Positions 54,772 through 64,000 of a DNA stretch of 64,000 bases are shown one piece after another. Both the position numbers and the translations under genes were made by a program. Below the pieces are notes generated by a model that had not been told where the DNA came from, did not search any database, and saw only the letters and a program-made list of their open reading frames with translations. The stretch lies in NCBI RefSeq assembly GCF_003334405.1, contig NZ_QOWM01000005.1. One strand, given 5' to 3'. This DNA comes from Escherichia coli. GTDB taxonomy: Bacteria > Pseudomonadota > Gammaproteobacteria > Enterobacterales > Enterobacteriaceae. Each line of letters starts with the position of its first letter. Positions within the stretch are counted from its first letter, which is position 1.

Positions 54772-55034
54772 TTTAAATACGCCCGTAAAAACTCGTCTTT
54801 TGCAGGATTTTAGCTTGTTTCATGGCTTAAACGTCATTTATTCTCTTGAGTCGTCGAAATCGTCGCTAAGATAATTATACTCAACGGATTCACCTCTCAG
54901 ATTTTGTTCTGACGTGCCAATGCCGTAATAACGTTAAGATTAACACGAAGTCATCGCAACAGCGGACATGAGTTACGAAAGCTTGCAATTCTATCTGTAG
55001 CCACCGCCGTTGTCTTTAAGATTCAGGAGCGTAG

Positions 55035-56880
<1,846 letters not shown>

Positions 56881-56902
56881 TCCACCACAAGAAGCCCCAT
56901 AT

Positions 56903-57346
56903 ATGAAAAACGCGACGTTCTACCTTCTGGACAATGACACCACCGTCGATGGCTTAAGCGCCGTTGAGCAACTGGTGTGTGAAATTGCCGCAGAACGTTG
57001 GCGCAGCGGTAAGCGCGTGCTCATCGCCTGTGAAGATGAAAAGCAGGCTTACCGGCTGGATGAAGCCCTGTGGGCGCGTCCGGCAGAATGCTTTGTTCCG
57101 CATAATTTAGCGGGAGAAGGACCGCGTGGCGGTGCGCCGGTGGAGATCGCCTGGCCGCAAAAACGCAGCAGCAGCCCGCGCGATATATTGATTAGTCTGC
57201 GAACAAGCTTTGCAGATTTTGCCACCGCTTTCACAGAAGTGGTAGACTTCGTTCCTTATGAAGATTCTCTGAAACAACTGGCGCGCGAACGCTATAAAGC
57301 CTACCGCGTGGCTGGTTTCAACCTGAATACGGCAACCTGGAAATAA
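56903..57346 (+). CDS. holC: DNA polymerase III chi subunit HolC
   Basis: 147-aa [46 protein letters not shown]...; immediately upstream of and overlapping valS. Confidence 0.9.
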   Translation: MKNATFYLLDNDTTVDGLSAVEQLVCEIAAERWRSGKRVLIACEDEKQAYRLDEALWARPAECFVPHNLAGEGPRGGAPVEIAWPQKRSSSPRDILISLRTSFADFATAFTEVVDFVPYEDSLKQLARERYKAYRVAGFNLNTATWK

Positions 57347-60201
57347 TGGAAAAGACATATAACCCACAAGATATCGAACAGCCGCTTTACGAGCACTGGG
57401 AAAAGCAGGGCTACTTTAAGCCTAATGGCGATGAAAGCCAGGAAAGTTTCTGCATCATGATCCCGCCGCCGAACGTCACCGGCAGTTTGCATATGGGTCA
57501 CGCCTTCCAGCAAACCATCATGGATACCATGATCCGCTATCAGCGCATGCAGGGCAAAAACACCCTGTGGCAGGTCGGTACTGACCACGCCGGGATCGCT
57601 ACCCAGATGGTCGTTGAGCGCAAGATTGCCGCAGAAGAAGGTAAAACCCGTCACGACTACGGCCGCGAAGCTTTCATCGACAAAATCTGGGAATGGAAAG
57701 CGGAATCCGGCGGCACGATTACCCGTCAGATGCGCCGTCTCGGCAACTCCGTCGACTGGGAGCGTGAACGCTTCACGATGGACGAAGGCCTGTCCAATGC
57801 GGTGAAAGAAGTTTTCGTTCGTCTGTATAAAGAAGACCTGATTTACCGTGGCAAACGCCTGGTAAACTGGGATCCGAAACTGCGCACCGCTATCTCTGAC
57901 CTGGAAGTGGAAAACCGCGAATCGAAAGGTTCGATGTGGCACATCCGCTATCCGCTGGCTGACGGCGCGAAAACCGCAGACGGTAAAGATTATCTGGTGG
58001 TTGCGACTACCCGTCCGGAAACCCTGTTGGGCGATACCGGCGTGGCCGTTAACCCGGAAGATCCGCGTTACAAAGACCTGATTGGCAAATATGTCATTCT
58101 ACCGCTGGTTAACCGTCGTATTCCGATCGTTGGCGACGAACACGCCGACATGGAAAAAGGCACCGGCTGCGTGAAAATCACTCCGGCGCACGACTTTAAC
58201 GACTATGAAGTGGGTAAACGTCACGCGCTGCCGATGATCAACATCCTGACCTTTGACGGCGATATCCGTGAAAGCGCCCAGGTGTTCGATACCAAAGGTA
58301 ACGAATCTGACGTTTATTCCAGCGAAATCCCGGCAGAGTTCCAGAAACTCGAGCGTTTTGCTGCACGTAAAGCAGTCGTTGCTGCGGTTGATGCACTCGG
58401 CCTGCTGGAAGAAATTAAACCGCACGACCTGACCGTTCCTTACGGCGACCGTGGCGGCGTGGTTATCGAACCGATGCTGACCGACCAGTGGTACGTGCGT
58501 GCCGATGTACTGGCGAAACCGGCAGTTGAAGCGGTTGAGAACGGCGACATTCAGTTCGTACCGAAGCAGTACGAAAACATGTACTTCTCCTGGATGCGCG
58601 ATATTCAGGACTGGTGTATCTCTCGTCAGCTGTGGTGGGGTCACCGTATCCCGGCATGGTATGACGAAGCGGGTAACGTTTACGTTGGCCGCAACGAAGA
58701 CGAAGTGCGCAAGGAAAATAACCTCGGTGCCGACGTTGCCCTGCGTCAGGACGAAGACGTTCTAGACACCTGGTTCTCTTCTGCGCTGTGGACCTTCTCT
58801 ACCCTTGGCTGGCCGGAAAATACCGACGCCCTGCGTCAGTTCCACCCAACCAGCGTGATGGTATCTGGTTTCGACATCATCTTCTTCTGGATTGCCCGCA
58901 TGATCATGATGACCATGCACTTCATCAAAGATGAAAATGGCAAACCGCAGGTGCCGTTCCACACTGTTTACATGACCGGTCTGATTCGTGACGACGAAGG
59001 CCAGAAGATGTCCAAATCCAAGGGTAACGTTATCGACCCGCTGGATATGGTTGACGGTATTTCGCTGCCAGAACTGCTGGAAAAACGTACCGGCAATATG
59101 ATGCAGCCGCAGCTGGCGGACAAAATCCGTAAGCGCACCGAGAAACAGTTCCCGAACGGCATTGAGCCGCACGGCACCGATGCCCTGCGCTTCACCCTGG
59201 CGGCGCTGGCGTCTACCGGTCGTGACATCAACTGGGATATGAAGCGCCTGGAAGGTTACCGTAACTTCTGTAACAAGCTGTGGAACGCCAGCCGCTTTGT
59301 GCTGATGAACACGGAAGGTCAGGATTGCGGCTTCAACGGTGGTGAAATGACGCTGTCGCTGGCGGACCGCTGGATTCTGGCAGAGTTCAACCAGACCATC
59401 AAAGCGTACCGCGAAGCGCTGGACAGCTTCCGCTTCGATATCGCTGCAGGCATTCTGTATGAGTTCACCTGGAACCAGTTCTGCGACTGGTATCTGGAGC
59501 TGACCAAGCCGGTAATGAACGGTGGAACCGAAGCCGAACTGCGCGGTACTCGCCATACGCTGGTGACTGTACTGGAAGGTCTGCTGCGCCTCGCGCATCC
59601 GATCATTCCGTTCATCACCGAAACCATCTGGCAGCGTGTGAAAGTACTTTGCGGTATCACTGCCGACACCATCATGCTGCAGCCGTTCCCGCAGTACGAT
59701 GCATCTCAGGTTGATGAAGCGGCGCTGGCCGACACCGAGTGGCTGAAACAGGCGATCGTTGCGGTACGTAACATCCGTGCAGAAATGAACATCGCGCCGG
59801 GCAAACCGCTGGAGCTGCTGCTGCGTGGTTGCAGCGCGGATGCAGAACGTCGCGTAAATGAAAACCGTGGCTTCCTGCAAACGCTGGCGCGTCTGGAAAG
59901 TATCACCGTGCTGCCTGCCGATGACAAAGGTCCGGTTTCCGTTACAAAGATCATCGACGGTGCAGAGCTGCTGATCCCGATGGCTGGCCTCATCAACAAA
60001 GAAGATGAGCTGGCGCGTCTGGCGAAAGAAGTGGCGAAGATTGAAGGTGAAATCAGCCGTATCGAGAACAAACTGGCGAATGAAGGCTTTGTCGCCCGCG
60101 CACCGGAAGCGGTCATCGCGAAAGAGCGTGAGAAGCTGGAAGGCTATGCGGAAGCGAAAGCGAAGCTGATTGAACAGCAGGCTGTTATCGCCGCGCTGTA
60201 A
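57346..60201 (+). CDS. valS: Valine--tRNA ligase ValS
   Basis: 951-aa class I synthetase with HIGH-type motif (GSLHMGHAF), KMSKS, and C-terminal coiled-coil. Confidence 0.95.
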   Translation: MEKTYNPQDIEQPLYEHWEKQGYFKPNGDESQESFCIMIPPPNVTGSLHMGHAFQQTIMDTMIRYQRMQGKNTLWQVGTDHAGIATQMVVERKIAAEEGKTRHDYGREAFIDKIWEWKAESGGTITRQMRRLGNSVDWERERFTMDEGLSNAVKEVFVRLYKEDLIYRGKRLVNWDPKLRTAISDLEVENRESKGSMWHIRYPLADGAKTADGKDYLVVATTRPETLLGDTGVAVNPEDPRYKDLIGKYVILPLVNRRIPIVGDEHADMEKGTGCVKITPAHDFNDYEVGKRHALPMINILTFDGDIRESAQVFDTKGNESDVYSSEIPAEFQKLERFAARKAVVAAVDALGLLEEIKPHDLTVPYGDRGGVVIEPMLTDQWYVRADVLAKPAVEAVENGDIQFVPKQYENMYFSWMRDIQDWCISRQLWWGHRIPAWYDEAGNVYVGRNEDEVRKENNLGADVALRQDEDVLDTWFSSALWTFSTLGWPENTDALRQFHPTSVMVSGFDIIFFWIARMIMMTMHFIKDENGKPQVPFHTVYMTGLIRDDEGQKMSKSKGNVIDPLDMVDGISLPELLEKRTGNMMQPQLADKIRKRTEKQFPNGIEPHGTDALRFTLAALASTGRDINWDMKRLEGYRNFCNKLWNASRFVLMNTEGQDCGFNGGEMTLSLADRWILAEFNQTIKAYREALDSFRFDIAAGILYEFTWNQFCDWYLELTKPVMNGGTEAELRGTRHTLVTVLEGLLRLAHPIIPFITETIWQRVKVLCGITADTIMLQPFPQYDASQVDEAALADTEWLKQAIVAVRNIRAEMNIAPGKPLELLLRGCSADAERRVNENRGFLQTLARLESITVLPADDKGPVSVTKIIDGAELLIPMAGLINKEDELARLAKEVAKIEGEISRIENKLANEGFVARAPEAVIAKEREKLEGYAEAKAKLIEQQAVIAAL

Positions 60202-60223
60202 TCAACACCGTGATGAAAACGAA

Positions 60224-60249
60224 GGCCGGAGCATGCTCCGGCCTTTTTT
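60224..60249. terminator. Rho-independent bidirectional terminator between convergent valS and yjgN
   Basis: GGCCGGAGCATGCTCCGGCC hairpin followed by TTTTTT, preceded by an A-rich tract. Confidence 0.7.
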
Positions 60250-60254
60250 ATCTC

Positions 60255-61451
60255 TTACAGAAATGGTAAAGAAGACATAACTCCCCGTGAAATACTGGCT
60301 AAGAAGCCTTTATCTGGTTGTTCTTCTTTATTGATTAAAGGAAGGTCATCCAAATCGCCCAGCAAATACGTATTTTTTGCCTGCCAGTCAATCATCCATA
60401 TTTTCAGCAGTGGGTAAGCCAGACCACCCGTAATCCCGGATATCACCACCAACGCACACATGCGATAAAGCATACCGTGGTACGTTAAAGTTGAGCGAAA
60501 ACGAATACGCCCATCATTCAGTGACAGGTTGCTCATAAAATGATTTCGCAACGACACCGTTAAATAACTGGTGCTAACAGCAATCCCAAAATAATAGATT
60601 AACTGCGCGATTATCATTTTACGCTGCATTTCCATAAATTGCTGTAAATTCTCAATGTCATCATTTGCATATACAGAACTATCATACGCATTTAATATTT
60701 GATCGAAGATAATATAACCAGCAACAGCGAGAAAAGGCAATAAAGCTAAAAATGCGAGAATGGCATATTTTATACAATACGTAGTATCTAAATTCACCTT
60801 GAAACGATGTATACCGAAACTGGTATTGCTCCAGAGAAAACTCATTACCAGACTATATAAAGTACCATTAAAAATACCAATGGAAACAATACCAACTATT
60901 GCCATCAGAACCATGGATATAATAACACTACTTGAACTATTGGCAGGTAGCATCTTTGTCGAGATAAAGAAAACAGTCCCCATCCCAATGGCCATTAAAA
61001 TCGGCAAGAAAAAGGTCACCCACCAGAACCCTTTCATAGAGCAATTAAAACTAAATCTTACGCCGTTGAGACTGGTCATTAAGGCCTGATGACGCAGTCC
61101 TTTTGCTGCCATAAATATAAGCAAAACCAACAGTAACAAAGTCAAAACACAACCAACAAGCGGCATATCTGCTGACACTGTCATTAAGATTGCGAAATAG
61201 AAAAAAACAAAAAAAAGACAACTAACAAAAACATTCCCACCGGTAATTCCATAAGAAAATCGTTGTCCGTTAACTTCCATATTAGCATAAAGATAACGCT
61301 TACATTTCATTAATGCCCATGGTAAATAGATACCTAGCGTTATAATCGTTAACAACACATTCACCACGCAAATAAGAAAATATCTCTCACCTGTACCATG
61401 AAAAACAAACGAATGGGACGGAACATCCATTTCATTAATAACTTGAGCCAT
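60255..61451 (-). CDS. yjgN: Inner membrane protein YjgN (DUF898)
   Basis: Polytopic membrane ORF; start taken at MAQVINEMDVPSHSF, the ORF-track start lying 9 codons upstream. Confidence 0.8.
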   Translation of the reverse strand: MAQVINEMDVPSHSFVFHGTGERYFLICVVNVLLTIITLGIYLPWALMKCKRYLYANMEVNGQRFSYGITGGNVFVSCLFFVFFYFAILMTVSADMPLVGCVLTLLLLVLLIFMAAKGLRHQALMTSLNGVRFSFNCSMKGFWWVTFFLPILMAIGMGTVFFISTKMLPANSSSSVIISMVLMAIVGIVSIGIFNGTLYSLVMSFLWSNTSFGIHRFKVNLDTTYCIKYAILAFLALLPFLAVAGYIIFDQILNAYDSSVYANDDIENLQQFMEMQRKMIIAQLIYYFGIAVSTSYLTVSLRNHFMSNLSLNDGRIRFRSTLTYHGMLYRMCALVVISGITGGLAYPLLKIWMIDWQAKNTYLLGDLDDLPLINKEEQPDKGFLASISRGVMSSLPFL

Positions 61452-61643
61452 AAAAGTTCCCTGAATTAAAAAATCCATTGATATAACTTATATATACAGA
61501 CAGTAAAATGTTCTGCCACGTTACAATACTCTTATCAGTAATAGGCTGGCAAAAACTTTATTACTTTATAAGTCGCTTGCGTACGTAAGAAGAGAGTGGT
61601 ATTAAACAAATGTATAATTACTTTATTTTTATTGGGTTAAACT

Positions 61644-62147
61644 ATGAATAACATTGCGCCGCAATCACCTGTAATGCGTCGCCTGACGCTGCAGGATAAT
61701 CCTGCTATCGCCCGCGTCATTCGTCAGGTATCCGCCGAATACGGTCTTACCGCTGATAAAGGCTACACCGTCGCCGATCCGAATCTTGACGAGCTGTATC
61801 AAGTGTATAGTCAGCCTGGCCATGCATATTGGGTCGTTGAGTACGAGGGTGAAGTGGTCGGCGGCGGTGGGATAGCGCCATTAACCGGGAGTGAGTCGGA
61901 TATTTGCGAACTGCAAAAGATGTATTTTCTTCCAGCTATCCGCGGCAAAGGGCTGGCAAAAAAACTGGCCTTAATGGCGATGGAGCAGGCGCGAGAGATG
62001 GGTTTCAAACGCTGCTATCTGGAAACGACCGCTTTTTTAAAGGAAGCCATTGCGCTTTATGAGCATTTGGGCTTTGAGCATATCGACTATGCGCTTGGCT
62101 GCACGGGCCATGTCGATTGTGAAGTGCGGATGTTGCGCGAACTCTAA
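61644..62147 (+). CDS. yjgM: GNAT-family N-acetyltransferase YjgM
   Basis: 167-aa ORF with acetyl-CoA binding motif RGKGLAKKL. Confidence 0.8.
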   Translation: MNNIAPQSPVMRRLTLQDNPAIARVIRQVSAEYGLTADKGYTVADPNLDELYQVYSQPGHAYWVVEYEGEVVGGGGIAPLTGSESDICELQKMYFLPAIRGKGLAKKLALMAMEQAREMGFKRCYLETTAFLKEAIALYEHLGFEHIDYALGCTGHVDCEVRMLREL

Positions 62148-62199
62148 AAAAATGCCCGCGTGTTCACACTCGCGGGCATTCGAACATTAACAACGTACG

Positions 62200-62290
62200 T
62201 TTTGTTTATGCCGGATGTGACATGAATGCCTTATCCGGGCTACAAATTCACCAGGTTGCAGGAACTACCTGGGCCTGATGCGCTACGCTT
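62200..62290. repeat. REP palindromic element
   Basis: GCCGGATGTGACATGAATGCCTTATCCGGGCTACA ... GCCTGATGCGCTACGCTTA has REP-type imperfect palindromes. Confidence 0.5.
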
Positions 62291-62292
62291 AA

Positions 62293-62709
62293 TTAGTGGC
62301 GAACTCCGTCATCGTCTTCATCGACAAAATCTTCATCGTCGCCATCTTCGCCGTTAGGATCTTCAAAGTAAGTGCCCCAACCGTCGTACTCAACGTCAAA
62401 TTTCTCTGCCAGCGTCATCAGTTGTTCAACCTGGGCATCGATCAGATCGGCATTCAATGCGCACTCGCTGAGGATGTCGCAGCAAATCACGATGTCACCA
62501 TCTTCAACTTCCAGCTCTTCTGGATCGGTCACTTCGTAACCGAGTTTAAACGCTTCAACTGCTGCTTTTTCCAGTGTTTCCAGATCGTCTGCGGAAAGAT
62601 GGTGTTCGATGGTGTACAGCGCGTCCGGATCGCTGCCATCTTCCAGTAATTCTTCAATAATCAAACGTGTTTCTTCACGCTGTTCTTCCAGTTGTTCCGG
62701 GTTTGCCAT
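62293..62709 (-). CDS. rraB: RNase E inhibitor RraB
   Basis: 138-aa highly acidic protein [39 protein letters not shown]... Confidence 0.85.
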
Positions 62710-62805
62710 GGCTCATTCCTCTTAATGTCCTGCCGATACTCTTATTGTCACACACCACTGACATTGCCTCCACCTTTGTGACAAAGATTTATGCTTTAGA
62801 CTTGC

Positions 62806-62845
62806 AAATGAATAATCATCCATATAGATTGAATTTTAATTCATT
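62806..62845. promoter_or_regulatory. Tandem ARG boxes (ArgR operator) upstream of argI
   Basis: AATGAATAATCATCCAT and TTGAATTTTAATTCATT resemble the ARG-box consensus TNTGAATWWWWATTCANW. Confidence 0.5.
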
Positions 62846-62870
62846 GAGGCGTTAGCCACAGGAGGGATCT

Positions 62871-63875
62871 ATGTCCGGGTTTTATCATAAGCATTTCCTG
62901 AAATTACTCGATTTCACGCCAGCTGAACTTAACAGCCTGCTGCAGTTAGCCGCGAAGCTGAAAGCCGATAAGAAAAGCGGTAAAGAAGAAGCCAAACTCA
63001 CTGGTAAAAACATCGCGCTCATCTTCGAAAAAGACTCGACTCGTACCCGATGCTCTTTCGAAGTTGCCGCATATGACCAGGGTGCTCGCGTTACTTATCT
63101 CGGCCCAAGCGGCAGCCAGATTGGTCATAAAGAGTCGATTAAAGACACTGCCCGCGTGCTTGGTCGCATGTATGACGGTATTCAGTATCGCGGCTATGGT
63201 CAGGAGATTGTCGAAACACTGGCGGAATACGCTGGCGTGCCGGTATGGAACGGCCTGACCAATGAGTTTCACCCCACGCAGCTTCTGGCGGATCTCCTCA
63301 CCATGCAGGAGCATTTGCCCGGCAAAGCGTTCAACGAAATGACGCTGGTTTATGCAGGTGACGCGCGTAACAATATGGGCAATTCGATGCTCGAAGCTGC
63401 GGCGCTTACCGGTCTGGATTTGCGTCTGGTCGCGCCGCAGGCATGCTGGCCGGAAGCTGCGCTGGTTACGGAATGCCGCGCCCTGGCACAGCAAAATGGT
63501 GGGAATATTACGCTGACAGAAGATGTCGCGAAGGGAGTTGAAGGTGCTGACTTTATCTATACCGATGTGTGGGTGTCGATGGGGGAAGCAAAAGAGAAAT
63601 GGGCGGAACGGATTGCATTGCTGCGTGAATATCAGGTGAACAGCAAGATGATGCAGTTGACCGGTAACCCGGAGGTCAAATTCCTCCACTGCCTGCCCGC
63701 GTTTCATGACGACCAAACGACGCTTGGTAAGAAAATGGCGGAAGAGTTTGGCCTACATGGCGGAATGGAAGTTACTGATGAGGTCTTCGAATCTGCCGCC
63801 AGCATTGTTTTTGATCAGGCGGAAAACCGCATGCATACCATCAAAGCGGTGATGGTCGCGACGCTCAGTGAATAA
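62871..63875 (+). CDS. argI: Ornithine carbamoyltransferase ArgI
   Basis: 334-aa ORF with carbamoyl-phosphate binding STRTR and ornithine-binding HCLP motifs. Confidence 0.9.
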   Translation: MSGFYHKHFLKLLDFTPAELNSLLQLAAKLKADKKSGKEEAKLTGKNIALIFEKDSTRTRCSFEVAAYDQGARVTYLGPSGSQIGHKESIKDTARVLGRMYDGIQYRGYGQEIVETLAEYAGVPVWNGLTNEFHPTQLLADLLTMQEHLPGKAFNEMTLVYAGDARNNMGNSMLEAAALTGLDLRLVAPQACWPEAALVTECRALAQQNGGNITLTEDVAKGVEGADFIYTDVWVSMGEAKEKWAERIALLREYQVNSKMMQLTGNPEVKFLHCLPAFHDDQTTLGKKMAEEFGLHGGMEVTDEVFESAASIVFDQAENRMHTIKAVMVATLSE

Positions 63876-64000
63876 TTGATATTGCTATAAAGATGCCGGG
63901 AAATACAAACCATCCCGGCATCACATTATTTTATGCAGTGATAGGTTTATTATTCCAGCCAAATTTTTCTATTGCTATACGTAAATTTTCCGGTGGATTT

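Overview
Escherichia coli-like chromosome segment, inverted relative to K-12. Left: fimE (partial), fimB and nanC-nanM-nanS. Right: the core block ahr, idnK/D/O/T/R, yjgR, lptG/F, pepA, holC, valS, yjgN, yjgM, rraB, argI. Between them lies a roughly 37 kb genomic island integrated at the 3' end of tRNA-Leu (leuX, 44497-44581, minus strand), with an intact P4-type integrase next to the tRNA and a degenerate copy of the tRNA 3' end at about 7258-7300. Island cargo, from the tRNA inward: a complete DNA phosphorothioation modification-restriction system (dptFGH restriction genes on the minus strand, dndBCDE modification genes on the plus strand, no dndA), a ferric citrate fecIRABCDE operon preceded by an IS3-family transposase remnant, two nested truncated IS66-family elements, a secreted beta-propeller-like protein, and a CP4-type prophage remnant with a CbtA/CbeA-type toxin-antitoxin pair. 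The best candidate for an undescribed system is an AT-rich two-gene module wedged between dndE and dptH: a DUF262-like (DGQQR motif) protein whose ATG overlaps the dptH stop codon (ATGA), followed by an ABC/OLD-like ATPase with a TOPRIM-like C-terminal region that is split into two ORFs by a T9 homopolymer. I cannot assign this pair to a characterized system from sequence alone. A second candidate is a 216-aa McrA-like HNH endonuclease gene between nanS and the island boundary. All identifications rest on reading the translations and motifs by eye and on recalled knowledge of the K-12 gene order; no database search was run.
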